NCBI GenBank assembly: GCA_963795855.1
Contig: CAWCIZ010000003.1
Location: forward strand, 1-64,000
Direction: 5' to 3'
DNA length: 64,000 nt
From: Vulcanimicrobiota bacterium
Lineage (GTDB): Bacteria > Vulcanimicrobiota > Vulcanimicrobiia > Vulcanimicrobiales > Vulcanimicrobiaceae
Part shown: piece after piece, positions 20,342-34,663 of the stretch
How positions within the stretch are numbered: the first letter of the stretch is position 1
How the letters are laid out: every line of letters starts with the position of its first letter
The notes under the pieces: model-generated
What the model saw: the letters and a program-made list of their open reading frames with translations, nothing else
Database searches by the model: none
What the model was told of the DNA's origin: nothing
Made by a program: the position numbers and the translations under genes

Positions 20342-20967
20342 AAACCGTCAATCTCCAGATACTCGAGAAGCGCGTCGCGGCGATTCCGGTTCCTCCGTTT
20401 GATTTTTCGACGGTCAGCGCGCGCCGGCCGCATACACCGGAAAAGACGACGTCTCGCCGCAAAATCATCAGCGCCGCGCTCCTGCTCATCGTACTGCCTG
20501 CAATAGCGGCGGCGGCCGCCCATTTCATTCCGCTGCAGGTTACCCATCGCGTCGGCAACTGGCAGCTCTGGGGTCCTTCGAAGACCTACGAGCATCCAAC
20601 CGCCGCCGATTTTTCGCGATTGGCTCGACAAGCGCCATATCGCGTGACGTGGCCGGTTGGGGTACCGCGCGAGCATAAACTGCTATTCCTCGGCGCCGTC
20701 GGCTCCGAGGTATTTCTTCTCGCCTACGCGTGTCCAGGTAAAAGCGCAAACTCTAGCACCTCGATGCTCGCCATCATTCCGAAGAACTACGAATCGGTTA
20801 ATCCGAATCTCGGCAAATGGTTCGAAAGCCAAATCGCTAACGATCGAGTGAATGAGCGGTGGAATGCCGGAGAAGAAAGCGTAGTATTGACGACGGATTG
20901 CCTCGCACGGCGGCAGATCGATCGCATTCGCACCGCTACGATCGCGGCAGGCTCGCTGCAGCGATAA
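20338..20967 (+). CDS. Putative anti-sigma factor (single TM segment, extracytoplasmic domain)
   Basis: ATGA-coupled to the ECF gene; short cytoplasmic N-terminus, RRK followed by a TM helix. Confidence 0.55.
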   Translation: MKTVNLQILEKRVAAIPVPPFDFSTVSARRPHTPEKTTSRRKIISAALLLIVLPAIAAAAAHFIPLQVTHRVGNWQLWGPSKTYEHPTAADFSRLARQAPYRVTWPVGVPREHKLLFLGAVGSEVFLLAYACPGKSANSSTSMLAIIPKNYESVNPNLGKWFESQIANDRVNERWNAGEESVVLTTDCLARRQIDRIRTATIAAGSLQR

Positions 20968-20983
20968 CGATAAACGGGACCGC

Positions 20984-21892
20984 GTGAGCGCGGCCTCTTC
21001 TTCGCGCAGCGGGGTCGTACCGTACGCGATGCTCGCATCGGCGCAGATCGCCGTCGGCGCTGCGGCAATCTTCGCCCGTTTTGCATTGAACGGCGCGCCG
21101 CCCGTGGCAGTGAGCGCGTGGCGGCTCGCGATCGCGTCGGCGGTGTTGCTGTCGATTGCGGCGCTGAGGCGCCGCCCGCCTCGCCGCACAGCCATGCCTT
21201 CGCACGACTCCAAGCTTTTCATTGCTGCAGGAATCGCGCTGGCGGTGCACTTCGGGACGTGGATTTCGTCGCTCGATTACACGAGCATCGCCGTTTCGAC
21301 ACTCCTGGTTGCGACGACGCCGATTTGGACGTCGCTTTACGACTCGGTCGTGTATAAACGCCGCCTCTCGACCGTTACGTGGGGTGCGTTCGCGTTCGGC
21401 GGCGCCGGCCTCGTGCTCGTGGTTGGGTTCTCACGTGCACGTCCGCCGATTCCGGGACACGATTTGCTCGGCAGTGCGCTCGCCCTTTCCGGCGCGATTG
21501 CAATCGGCGCGTACTTCGTGCTGGTGCGGGAAGTGCGCGGGAGCTACGGTACGCGCGAAATTGTGACGCGCACGTATTCGTGGGCGGCGCTCGCCTTGCT
21601 CGTGGCATCCGTTGCCGCAGGGCAGTGGCCGCCGCCGTTCTCGGATGCGCGCGCATGGGGCGGCATCGTTGCAATGGCGCTGATCTCACAGCTTCTGGGC
21701 CACACGGCGCTAAACGCGTCGTTGCGCTGGTTTTCGCCGAGTTCGGTTGCCATGAGCTCGCTTCTGGAGCCGGTAGCGGCCGCGGTGCTTGCGTTCTTCA
21801 TTTTCGGAGAAGCGCTCACACCGCTGGCGCTCGCGGGCGGCGCGCTCATTTTGCTTGCAATCGGAGCATTCTTGCGGGAGGAAGACTCGTGA
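20984..21892 (+). CDS. DMT/EamA family transporter
   Basis: HFGTWISSLDYTSIA, QLLGHTALN, LLEPV; 10 TM segments. Confidence 0.9.
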   Translation: MSAASSSRSGVVPYAMLASAQIAVGAAAIFARFALNGAPPVAVSAWRLAIASAVLLSIAALRRRPPRRTAMPSHDSKLFIAAGIALAVHFGTWISSLDYTSIAVSTLLVATTPIWTSLYDSVVYKRRLSTVTWGAFAFGGAGLVLVVGFSRARPPIPGHDLLGSALALSGAIAIGAYFVLVREVRGSYGTREIVTRTYSWAALALLVASVAAGQWPPPFSDARAWGGIVAMALISQLLGHTALNASLRWFSPSSVAMSSLLEPVAAAVLAFFIFGEALTPLALAGGALILLAIGAFLREEDS

Positions 21893-21939
21893 ATTCTTGC
21901 CGCGGGACGACTGCCGGTAAATCCAAGGAACGGCGCGAG

Positions 21940-24310
21940 ATGAACCGAACTGGCTTCGCCCGCATGAAGTACGCCGCTAGGCCTGTTTGCCTTGCCGCAC
22001 TGCTCGCTGCCATCGCATTTCCGAAAATCGCGCAGGCGCTCGGCGCGAACGTAGCAGGAAGCGTTACCGGCCCGCAACGCGCACCCATTGCCAATGCCAC
22101 GGTCGTCTTGCGCGAGCATGAGACCAGCATCGCCGGCACGACGAATAGCGACGGATCCTTTCACATCGAAGCGCCCGGCGAAGGCACGTTCGATGTTATC
22201 GTCAGCGCGCGCGGATACGCGAGCGTTCACCGCATCGTGCACATTCCCGAAAGCGGACGAATCACGCTCTCCGTTATTCTGCAGCCCGCATCCGCATCGT
22301 CTCTCACGACAATTAGTTCGATCGTCGTCGGAGGTTCAGCGAACGTCAGCTCCGCGTCGGCTCCGAGCCGCAGCATCGGGCGCTCCGATCTCGAGAATTC
22401 GCCGACCGGAAGGCTTGCCGACGTCTTAACCGGTGAAGGCGCCGTCACGCCCGTTCGTCCAGCCGGCGGCACTGGGAACGCACCATTGCTCGTCGCACTG
22501 CGTGGCCCCGATCCCGCGGAAACGCTCGTGGAAATGGACGGACACAAGATCAATACCGGCGCTACGGGCGGTTTCGATCTCTCGCTGATCGATCCAGCCG
22601 ACTTGGAAGACGTGCAACTGGTTTACGGAATCGCGCCATCCTCGCTCGTCGGCCCCGATACGATAGGAGGAGCGATCAACGTGCGTACGCTCGAGCCGAC
22701 GCAGCAGCAGCATAGTTTTCTGCGAGCCGGCGGCGGGAGTTTCGACACAAACATATGGGCACTCGAAAGCACCGGCACGCGTAATCGCATCGGCTATGCG
22801 CTCGCGCTGGACCGCCTCACAAGCGATGGCGACGTGAATGCGAACGGAACCGGCAGCGCGTGGCAATCGGGAAGCAGCCTCTTCAAGCTGCGCGCTCCTA
22901 TCGCCGGTGATCGGGGTTTCCTACAAGCCGAGGTTCTGGATCAGGCGACCAATCGCGACGTTTCGGCGTCGCTGAGCTCTATCGATCCGGACGGTACCTT
23001 CAACAGTTTCGCCGGTTCGAATTTGCAATCGCACCAGACGCTGTATGCGCTGGACGCATCGGCGCCGCTGGGACCTCGCAACGATCAAACGGCGTCCTCA
23101 GGAACGCTTACCTACCGTCATTCCAACGAGCTCGATTCGCAATCCGTCACCGGACCCGCGCAGAACGCATCCGAATGGTACTTCAACTATCGCGACGCCA
23201 TAGCGGATGATTCGCTTCAATACGACCGCACCATCGGACGCGGCACGCTCACGCTCAAATACGACCTTACTTCGGAACAGCTGATTGCGCCGTACACGCT
23301 CGGCGGCGTGCAGGACGATTCGGTCGGGCGCCGGCCGATGGACGACAACTCGGACACCGGCGTGCCGAGTCTATTTTCCGTGACTGAATTCGACCGCACG
23401 CTGGCATTGCGCTATCTTCTCGAACCGACCTCGCATCTGCACTACAGCGCGGCCCTCTATAGCAGTTCGTACAGCACGTTCGGCCACAGCAACGATCCGC
23501 GCTTCGGCTTTGTGTGGACGCCCACCGCACAAACCGCGGTGCGCGTCTCCGTAGGAACGACTTTCCAGGCGCCGCTCTTGACCGAACTCTACGTTCCCTC
23601 GCCGCTTCCTTCGCCCGATTCCAACGGAGACAACGGGCTGGTCGCGATTGGCAATCGGAAATCTGCAACCCGACCGCGCCACGGAATACGATCTTGGCTT
23701 CGAACATGTCTTCGGAGCGGCGCAACGGCGGCTGCGCGTTTCGGCGGACGTCTACCAAACGAACCTGCGCGACGCGATCGAGCAGTACGTCCCTCCTGCG
23801 ACGCCCGGCTACACGTATCCGATCAATCTGGGTAATGTCCGGTATCGCGGGCTCGAATTACGCGCCGAAAAGATGCTGCCGAATAATTATCGCGCGTCGG
23901 CGACATACACGATCAACTCGGCCTTCCCGCTTCAAGTACCGGCCGCAATTCAGAACGGCTCGCTGGTTCCATACGAACAGTTCTTGGGAACGCCGCTCCA
24001 CCGCGAGTCGGTGGAGTTCGATCGCCTTCCTTCGAGCCGGGCGCTTTCGTTCGGGATGCGGCTCATCTATGAAGGACCGGGTAACGAGCTGAACCGTCCG
24101 CCGTTCGCGCTGTTCGACGCACACGTGACGCAGCCGATCAAGAAATTCGACCTTTCGTTAATCGGAACGAATCTTACGAACGTCTACGCCGATTCATTCA
24201 CACGAAACGCCGTAGGCGTACCCTATGGCGGCCCCGACGGCCCGATTCAGACCAATGCGTACGCGCTTCCGCCGCGCAGCCTGATGCTTTCACTCTCGCG
24301 CGAATTCTAG
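21940..24310 (+). CDS. TonB-dependent receptor with carboxypeptidase-regulatory-like N-domain; frameshift near 23659
   Basis: Signal peptide, TTNSDGSFHI N-domain, plug ALRGPDPAETLVEMDG...IGGAINVRT, GN.NLQP across the junction, NLTNVY, C-terminal Phe. Confidence 0.85.
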
Positions 24311-24348
24311 CGCGCGTTTTCTATTCAAGCGCACCGCTCCACGGCACG

Positions 24349-24366
24349 AATTGGACCGGTCCATTT
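24349..24366. promoter_or_regulatory. Palindromic operator candidate upstream of aceE (GntR/PdhR-like)
   Basis: AATTGGACCGGTCCATTT with a perfect 12-bp core TGGACCGGTCCA (24352-24363), 36 nt upstream of the aceE ATG. Confidence 0.5.
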
Positions 24367-24402
24367 GCAAGGGAACGCGTGACTCGGGCGGAAGCGGCCC
24401 CC

Positions 24403-27102
<2,700 letters not shown>

Positions 27103-27103
27103 C

Positions 27104-28706
27104 GTGGCGCAAGCGATCGACGTACGCGTTCCCGACATCGGCGATTTCAAAGACGTTCCGGTGATCGAGGTCTTGGTCAAACCCGGCGATGCGGTGAAGA
27201 AAAACGATTCCATCGTCACGCTCGAGTCTGACAAGGCGTCCATGGAGGTGCCTTCGCCGGCGGACGGCACGGTGCAAGACGTCAAGGTGAAAATCGGCGA
27301 CAAGGTCTCGGAAGGTTCGGTCATCCTCTCGCTTGCGCAAGGCGCCAGCGATAAGAAGCAGAACCTGCGCCGGAAAAACAACCTGCGCCGGAAACAGACG
27401 CAGCGCGAACCGAGCGCCACGCGAAGAACTCGTCGAACTCAAAGTCCCGGACATCGGCGACTTCAAAGACGTCCCAGTAATCGAAGTGCTCGTAAAGGCC
27501 GGCGATACCGTGGCGAAAGATGCCTCGCTCGTGGTTCTCGAGTCCGACAAAGCATCGATGGAAGTCCCCGCAACCGCCGCCGGAACGATCGCCGAAGTGC
27601 GCGTGCAACCGGGCGACAAAGTTTCGCAAGGCGCGGTGATCGCCACGGTGCGAACCGCCGCGAGCGTTCCCGCAGCAGCTCCGGCAGCACCCGCGACCTC
27701 CGCAGCACCAGGTGCGCCGTCTTCGCCTGCATCGTCCGCGCCCTCGGTCGCCGCACCAACGCCGCCCGCGCCTCGACAAGAACAGCACAGTGCAAACGGA
27801 GCCGTGCATGCGAGCCCGTCGATTCGGCGCTTCGCGCGCGAATTGGGCGTCGATCTGCACGACGTGCGCGCGAGCGGACCGAACGGGCGCGTCACGCGAG
27901 AAGACGTTCAGCACTTCGTCAGAGGCACATTGCAGGACGGCGGTGCAAGGCAGACCGCTGGCGGCGGCGCGGGATTGCCGATCGCGCCGTGGCCCAAAGT
28001 GGATTTCGCGTCTTACGGCGAGATCGAGCGCAAACCGCTTTCTCGAATAAAGAAAATCTCCGGACCGAACCTGCATCGCAATTGGGTCATGATTCCGCAC
28101 GTCACGCAAAACGACGACGCGGATGTGACCGACTTGGAGCAGTTCCGCAAAGAACTCAACGCCGAGTACGGCAAGCAGGGCGTTAAGATAACGATGCTCG
28201 CATTTCTCATCAAAGCTTCGGTCGCGGCTCTGAAAAAGTTTCCGGAATTCAACACGTCGCTCGACGGCGACGCGCTGGTATACAAAAAGTACTACAACAT
28301 CGGCTTTGCGGCCGACACGCCCGGCGGGCTCATCGTTCCGGTCATCCGCAACGCAGATACCAAGGGCATCGCGCAGCTGGCCCGCGAGACCGCCGAACTG
28401 GCGGAAAAAGCACGCGACGGCAAGCTTGCTTCCTCCGACATGCAAGGGGGAACGTTTACGATCTCGAGCCTGGGCAGCATCGGCGGAACGTACTTTACGC
28501 CCATCATCAATGCTCCCGAGGTAGCGATTCTCGGCGCGTGCCGCGCGGCAATCCGTCCCCTGTGGGACGGCGCGCAGTTCGTGCCGCGCCTCATGCAGCC
28601 GCTTTCGCTGTCCTACGATCATCGCGTGATCGACGGCGCCGCGGCGGCCCGCTTTACGACGTATATTGTCTCCGTGTTAAGAGATCTGCGCAGAGCGCTG
28701 ATCTAA
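27104..28706 (+). CDS. aceF: Dihydrolipoamide acetyltransferase E2 with two lipoyl domains; two frameshifts in the inter-lipoyl linker
   Basis: Two VPDIGDF...ESDKASMEVP lipoyl domains, HASPSIRRFARE, SYDHRVIDGA. The linker reads EAEPAPEKQPAPETDAA in the third frame (about 27355-27420). Confidence 0.93.
27362..27394 (+). repeat. Direct repeat AACCTGCGCCGGAAA x2 (18-bp period) in the aceF linker
   Basis: Read directly; encodes EPAPEK/QPAPET. Confidence 0.85.
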
Positions 28707-28758
28707 ACTTTACCGCGCCGGGGTTTTGGCGCTGCGGCGGCGTGTCATACTACCACTA

Positions 28759-29475
28759 ATGTGTGCTTACGATCCCGACGCGCGCGTGCGCCTTCTTTCG
28801 CGGGTCGTCGACGAAGCATCGGATCTGGTGCTGATAACCGACTTCACGCCGCCATCGCAGGGCGGCCCGTTCATCGAGTACGCCAACGAATCGTTGCTGC
28901 GTGCAACGGGCTATACGATGGACGATCTCGCGGGGCGGCCGTACAGCACCATGATCTCGCAGCACAACGATCCGGTCGTGCTCGATACGATTATTCACAA
29001 TCTGGAAGCGGCGCGGGTGAACGAAAAAGAGATCCTGCTGCGCCGCAAAGACGGCAGCGCGTTTTGGGTTGAATTCACCGGCAAACCGCTGACCGATGAA
29101 AACACCAAACGGCGCCATTGGGTGGCGCTCGGGCGCGATATCACGCTGCGGCGGCAGGCCGTCGAACAAATGGCGACGCTTATGACCGCGCTCGACGCCG
29201 TCAGCGGCCACCTGGAGATCTACACGCTCGACGACGGCGAATACACCGCGATTTTCCGCAACCGCGAAGCCGACAGCGATATTTCCGAATTAGTGGAGAC
29301 GCTGCTGAACGAGCCGCGCATTCGCGAAGCCACCGGCCTGCGCAAGCGGCTCAGCGACGGCGAACACGTGATGCTCACCGCCGACGGCTTGCAAATCCGG
29401 CCGTGCGATAGCGGCGCTCAGACGCTGGTGTGCATCAAGCAGAGTCCCGCACGACGCGGCCGCGCGCGCGCTTAA
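28759..29475 (+). CDS. PAS/PAC-domain protein without a recognisable output domain
   Basis: DLVLITD...IEYANESLLRATGYT...RRKDGSAFWVE...RDITLR. TG-n-CATACT 7 nt upstream of ATG. Confidence 0.8.
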   Translation: MCAYDPDARVRLLSRVVDEASDLVLITDFTPPSQGGPFIEYANESLLRATGYTMDDLAGRPYSTMISQHNDPVVLDTIIHNLEAARVNEKEILLRRKDGSAFWVEFTGKPLTDENTKRRHWVALGRDITLRRQAVEQMATLMTALDAVSGHLEIYTLDDGEYTAIFRNREADSDISELVETLLNEPRIREATGLRKRLSDGEHVMLTADGLQIRPCDSGAQTLVCIKQSPARRGRARA

Positions 29476-30052
29476 AGTAAGAACCCAGCAGGACGCTCCC
29501 GAACGCGCCGGCGGCGAACGTCGCATCGATTCCGTAGCCAAGCGCCGGGCTCGCTGGAATCGACGCCACGAGTGCAAAGCACACGACGAACACTGCCGTC
29601 CAGAACGACATGAACGATATGACGCGCAAGCCTTTCAAGCGGAACTCCGCGTCGGCGCCCGCGTGTTCGCGAACCGCCATCAGCGTCTGCACGGCCAAAA
29701 TGCCGTATGCGAGCGCGTAGAGACCGAAGTACATCAGATCCAAGCCCTGGACCGCGAACCCGCTGCGCGGTAAATTTCGCGCGACGAACACGAGCAGCAC
29801 GACGACGGCAAGCCACACGAAGTTCAGCACGACCGGCAGCGCCTTCGGAACGAAAAACAACTTGAACAGCACGTGATGGAAATACCACAAGCTGCAGATT
29901 ATCGCGAACGCGCCTAAGAAATCGACGACTCCGAGCGCGTCGAACGTCATCGCCTTCGTCAGCGTGAGACTCGCACCCAACTGCGCGAGGCTGAATCCGA
30001 TGACGATATCGGAAAACGCCTCGAGCCGGTGAAGGGTGCGGTCGTCGGTCAT
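29435..30052 (-). CDS. TMEM175 (DUF1211) family K+ channel-like protein
   Basis: RLEAFSD motif, W..HH, LNFVWL; 6 TM segments. Confidence 0.8.
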   Translation of the reverse strand: MTDDRTLHRLEAFSDIVIGFSLAQLGASLTLTKAMTFDALGVVDFLGAFAIICSLWYFHHVLFKLFFVPKALPVVLNFVWLAVVVLLVFVARNLPRSGFAVQGLDLMYFGLYALAYGILAVQTLMAVREHAGADAEFRLKGLRVISFMSFWTAVFVVCFALVASIPASPALGYGIDATFAAGAFGSVLLGSYFKRARGRVVRDSA

Positions 30053-32802
30053 ACGCCGGCGGTTTGCTTGCGGCGCAGCTCCCGCAGCACGTACTGCAGA
30101 ATGCCGCCGTGCCGGTAGTACTCCGCCTCGTCCGGCGTGTCGATGCGCAGCAGCGCTTTGAACGGAATCGCCCGGCCTCCCGCGTCGGTCGCTCGCACGT
30201 GCACGTGCATGCGCGGTGTGATTCCGTCTTCCAAACCGGTGATGTCGAACGTTTCTTCGCCGGTCAGTCCGTACGTCGAGTGATCCGCGCCCGCTTCGAA
30301 TTCCAGCGGCAGAATGCCCATCCCGATGAGATTGCTCCGATGAATGCGTTCGAACGACTGCGCGATGACCGCGCGTATACCCAGAAGGTACGGCCCCTTC
30401 GCAGCCCAGTCGCGCGAGGAGCCCGAGCCGTACTCTTTACCGGCGAGGACGACGAGCGGCGTTCCGTCTGCCTTGTACTTCATCGCCGCATCGAAAATCG
30501 ACATTTGCTCGTTCGTTGGCAGATACCGCGTGTAGCCGCCTTCGACGCCCGGCACGAGTTGATTGCGCAGGCGCACGTTTGCGAACGTTCCGCGCACCAT
30601 CACTTCGTGATTTCCGCGGCGTGCGCCGTACGAGTTGAAATCGGCCGGCTGGACGCCCTTTTCCATCAGATACTTTCCGGCGGCACTTACTTTGGCGATG
30701 TTGCCTGCCGGTGAAATGTGGTCGGTGGTTATGCTGTCTCCGAGCAACGCTAGAGCGCGCGCGCCACGGATGTCGCTCACGGCCGACGGTTCTGCGCGCA
30801 TGTTCTCGAAGTACGGCGGGTTCTTGACGTATTCCGAACGCGGATCCCACGTATAGCGTTCGCTCGCGGGTACGTCGAGCTTCGCCCAATTTTCATCACC
30901 GCGAAACACGTCGCGATAATTCGCTTTGAACATTTCGTCGCTGATCGACTCAGCGATGACTTTCGACACCTCGGCGTTGCTCGGCCAGATGTCCTTGAGA
31001 TAGACCGGTTTGCCGGAATCGTCTTCGCCGATCGGTTCGCTGGTCAGATCGACGTCCATCCGCCCCGCCAGCGCATACGCCACTACCAGCGGCGGCGATG
31101 CGAGATAGTTCGCCCGAACCTGGGGATGAATGCGGCCTTCGAAATTGCGGTTACCGGAAAGCACGGCCGCGACGACGAGATCGTGTTCGGCAACGGCTTC
31201 GGCGACGTCGGGCGGCAGCGGCCCGCTGTTTCCGATGCACGTCGTGCAGCCATAGCCGACGAGATCGAATCCCAGCCGATTGAGGTACGCGTCCAAGCCC
31301 GATTTTTTGAGATAGTCCGTGACGACTTTGGAGCCGGGCGCGAGCGAAGTCTTCACCCACGGTTTGCGTTGCAGTCCGCGTTGAACGGCATTGCGCGCAA
31401 GCAGTCCCGCGGCCACGAGTACGGACGGATTGCTCGTGTTCGTGCAGCTCGTGATGGCGGCAATCACAACCGCTCCATCCGCAACGGCGGTTTTGTCCGC
31501 GACCGCGGTCGCAACCGGACCTTCGTTTTCCATGCGTGCAGCGGAACTGGCCGGCTTTGCGTCGCGGGCGCTCGCCCATTCCTGCATCGCAACGTTGAAC
31601 GAATTTTTCACGCCGCCGAGGGCGACGCGATCTTGCGGGCGGCGGGGCCCCGCGAGGCTCGGAACGACGCTGTCGAGATCGAGTTCGAGCGTATCGGTGA
31701 AATTCGGCTCCGGCGTCGCGTCGGTGCGGAATAAGCCCTGTGCCTTCGCGTACGCTTCGACGAGCGCGATGTGTTCGGGCGCGCGTCCCGTCAATCTCAA
31801 ATACTCGAGCGTTTGATCGTCGATAGGGAAGATCGCGCACGTGGAACCGTATTCGGGCGACATGTTGCCGAGCGTGACGCGGTCCGAAACCGGCAAATTG
31901 GAAAGGCCGCTGCCGAAAAACTCGACGAACTTTCCGACGACGCCCTTTTTGCGCAGCATTTCGGTTACGACCAGCACGAGATCGGTCGCGGTAACGCCTT
32001 CGCGAAGCTCTCCTATGATTTTCACGCCGATGACTTCCGGAATCAGCATCGTGACGGGCTGACCGAGCATAGCGGCTTCGGCCTCGATCCCGCCGACGCC
32101 CCAGGCCAGCACGCCCAGTCCGTTCGCCATAGTCGTGTGCGAATCGGTGCCGACGACGGTGTCGGGATATGCAAATGCGTTCGCGGAATCGTACGCAAGG
32201 CCGGCTCCGCCTCCGCCGAAGATCACGCGCGAGAGAAATTCGATGTTGACCTGATGCACGATGCCCGTGTCCGGCGGAACGGCGCGGAAATTGTCGAGCG
32301 CGCGCTGTCCCCATTTTAGAAAGGCGTATCGTTCGCGATTGCGATCGAATTCGAGATCGGCGTTTTTCTTGAACGCCTCGCTGCTGCCGAACGCGTCGAC
32401 CTGCACGGAGTGATCGATCACGAGTTCGACCGGCTGCAGGGGATTAATCGCTTTCGGATCGCCGCCCATCGCGGCCATCGCATCGCGCATCGCGGCGAGA
32501 TCCACGACCGCCGGGACGCCGGTGAAATCCTGAAGCAGCACGCGCGCCGGACGATAGGCGATTTCGCGCTGCACGCGCTGGTGCGGATGCCATTTCGCAA
32601 GCGCTTCGACGTCGTCTTTCGTCACCGATCGCCCGTCTTCGAAACGCACGAGATTCTCTAGCAGAATCTTGAGCGAAAACGGAAGGCGTGCCAACTGCGC
32701 GAGGCCTGCTTCCTCCAGCGCCGCCAGACGCACGTACGAATAAGAACGATCGCCGACGACGAGCCGATCGACGGCGTTGAAAGTGTTTGCGTGCTGATTC
32801 AT
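30049..32802 (-). CDS. acnA: Aconitate hydratase A
   Basis: [63 protein letters not shown]. Confidence 0.98.
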   Translation of the reverse strand: MNQHANTFNAVDRLVVGDRSYSYVRLAALEEAGLAQLARLPFSLKILLENLVRFEDGRSVTKDDVEALAKWHPHQRVQREIAYRPARVLLQDFTGVPAVVDLAAMRDAMAAMGGDPKAINPLQPVELVIDHSVQVDAFGSSEAFKKNADLEFDRNRERYAFLKWGQRALDNFRAVPPDTGIVHQVNIEFLSRVIFGGGGAGLAYDSANAFAYPDTVVGTDSHTTMANGLGVLAWGVGGIEAEAAMLGQPVTMLIPEVIGVKIIGELREGVTATDLVLVVTEMLRKKGVVGKFVEFFGSGLSNLPVSDRVTLGNMSPEYGSTCAIFPIDDQTLEYLRLTGRAPEHIALVEAYAKAQGLFRTDATPEPNFTDTLELDLDSVVPSLAGPRRPQDRVALGGVKNSFNVAMQEWASARDAKPASSAARMENEGPVATAVADKTAVADGAVVIAAITSCTNTSNPSVLVAAGLLARNAVQRGLQRKPWVKTSLAPGSKVVTDYLKKSGLDAYLNRLGFDLVGYGCTTCIGNSGPLPPDVAEAVAEHDLVVAAVLSGNRNFEGRIHPQVRANYLASPPLVVAYALAGRMDVDLTSEPIGEDDSGKPVYLKDIWPSNAEVSKVIAESISDEMFKANYRDVFRGDENWAKLDVPASERYTWDPRSEYVKNPPYFENMRAEPSAVSDIRGARALALLGDSITTDHISPAGNIAKVSAAGKYLMEKGVQPADFNSYGARRGNHEVMVRGTFANVRLRNQLVPGVEGGYTRYLPTNEQMSIFDAAMKYKADGTPLVVLAGKEYGSGSSRDWAAKGPYLLGIRAVIAQSFERIHRSNLIGMGILPLEFEAGADHSTYGLTGEETFDITGLEDGITPRMHVHVRATDAGGRAIPFKALLRIDTPDEAEYYRHGGILQYVLRELRRKQTAGV

Positions 32803-33974
32803 GATTGCAAGGAGATTCGCGGGTCGCCGCCCGCGTAGCCTTCGATGCGCAGGGAACTGGTGCCCGACAAAAGTCGCCAGAGCGGCTCCGCCACGAGCTG
32901 CGTGCGCCAATGCGACAGACCGAGCACACGTTCGAAATCCTCGCGCGTCGCCGGTACCTCACGCGCGACGCGCTCCAGAGAGGCGCGCGAAGCCAACAGG
33001 CTCGCCGGCAACTCGTTTTCCTGCGCGAGTTCGCCCACGACGACACCCATAAGCGCGACGAGCGTTTCGCGTGCGTTTCCGAGCGGGCGCGAGAATTTCG
33101 CCGGCAACTCCGCCTCATCGACCGCTTCCCCGCGTCTGACCGCATCGAGAATCAGCGGTCCGAGCGAGCGCCTCGTGCCGGAATCGAGGCGCCGCAGTTG
33201 CGCGAGATCGTCGATGGAACGCGGGCGCACGGTCGCCAAGCCGCCGACCACGTCGTCCGGCATGATGTATTTGAGCGGTAGATCTCGCTCGCGCGCGACG
33301 CGATCGCGCAATTTCACCAATTCGGCGAGCACGCCGAGTTCGCGGCGGTTCATACGGTTCGCACCCGGGATGCGCGAATACATGCGCCGCTCTTCGCTTC
33401 GGTAGCGTTCGACTTCGGAAAGCAGACGGCACTCCTCGATCGCCCACTCGTACCGGCCCTTTTCACGCAAGCGCGCGGAAAGTTTTTCTTGCATGTCCAG
33501 CAGATGCTCGACGTCGTCGACCAAGTACTCGAGCTGCTTTTCCGAAAACGGACGGGACGACCAATCACTCACCGTTTGCGATTTTTTCAGACGCACGCCG
33601 CACAGCTCGCGCACGAGATCGGCGAGCGAAATCGCCATCCCATATCCCAGGAACGCCGCGGCGACTTGGCAGTCGAAGACGTCGGGCGGGACCACGTCCC
33701 ACTTATCCGCGAAGATTTTGAGATCGCTGGTGAGCGCGTGCCCGACGACCATGGTCTCGCAAAGCGCTTGAGCGAGCGGCGACGGGTCGTCGATCGCCAG
33801 CGGGTCGACGATCGCGCATCCATCTTCGAACGCCAATTGAACGACCATCAGCCGCGCGGTATAGCTGCGTTCGTTGTGAAACTCCGTGTCCAGGCCGACG
33901 CGGCGCGATCCGCGGATCCGCTCGCAGAGATCGCGCAGACGCTCGGGCGTCGCAATCATGTCTACACCGCTCAC
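32799..33974 (-). CDS. rnd: Ribonuclease D (DEDD exonuclease plus HRDC)
   Basis: [43 protein letters not shown]-like [11 protein letters not shown]. Confidence 0.9.
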   Translation of the reverse strand: MSGVDMIATPERLRDLCERIRGSRRVGLDTEFHNERSYTARLMVVQLAFEDGCAIVDPLAIDDPSPLAQALCETMVVGHALTSDLKIFADKWDVVPPDVFDCQVAAAFLGYGMAISLADLVRELCGVRLKKSQTVSDWSSRPFSEKQLEYLVDDVEHLLDMQEKLSARLREKGRYEWAIEECRLLSEVERYRSEERRMYSRIPGANRMNRRELGVLAELVKLRDRVARERDLPLKYIMPDDVVGGLATVRPRSIDDLAQLRRLDSGTRRSLGPLILDAVRRGEAVDEAELPAKFSRPLGNARETLVALMGVVVGELAQENELPASLLASRASLERVAREVPATREDFERVLGLSHWRTQLVAEPLWRLLSGTSSLRIEGYAGGDPRISLQS

Positions 33975-34621
33975 GGTTGCGGGCCCATCGGGCTCGGCGT
34001 CGGATGGCGGTGACGCCATCGCCAGTGCGGGCGGTGATGGATGATGTACATGTGCGCGCGCGCCTCGTAGCCGTGAATCGCCGCCGTTGCGCGATCGCCG
34101 AAGATCGCCAAAATCGTGCAAACCGGTATCGCAACGACGGACATAGTGAAGATATGCACCCAAATCGGCACGCGAAACGCGGCTGCGCTCGCCGTCGCAA
34201 CGGTGCCGCCGAACCCGGGAATGATGCGGACGGCAATGAGAAACATCGGCGAACCGATTCGAAACCGTTTGACCCAGCCGGGCAGCCGCGCAAGCGCAGC
34301 TTCGAGATCGAGCAGATGCGATGCCCGTTTATTGATCCAGTAGCCGATCGCTGCTGCAATCACGATGCCGACGGCATTGATGATCGTGCCCCAGAACGGG
34401 CCGAAGACCGCGCCGTTCATAATGGCGAGCGCATCGGTTACGGAGAACGGCGCCGCTGCGACGAGCGCGAAAATCACGGTTGCGAGCGGAAGCGCGACGG
34501 CGGGCCCGATCGAGCGAATGAGATGCTCGATGTGCGGTTGATAACGGATAACGAAGGCCGCAAGGGCAAACGATGCGGCGAGCAGCCCGAAACCCGCCAG
34601 CCTGCGGCCTATCCGGCTCAA
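33971..34621 (-). CDS. VTT/DedA (TVP38/TMEM64) membrane protein with His/Arg-rich tail
   Basis: GAVFGPFWG, AIGYW, VRIIPG; C-terminus HMYIIHHRPHWRWRHRH. Confidence 0.75.
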   Translation of the reverse strand: MSRIGRRLAGFGLLAASFALAAFVIRYQPHIEHLIRSIGPAVALPLATVIFALVAAAPFSVTDALAIMNGAVFGPFWGTIINAVGIVIAAAIGYWINKRASHLLDLEAALARLPGWVKRFRIGSPMFLIAVRIIPGFGGTVATASAAAFRVPIWVHIFTMSVVAIPVCTILAIFGDRATAAIHGYEARAHMYIIHHRPHWRWRHRHPTPSPMGPQP

Positions 34622-34663
34622 GCGCGGCCGGGGTCCCGGTAATCGCTCTTCGAGGAGGATGGC

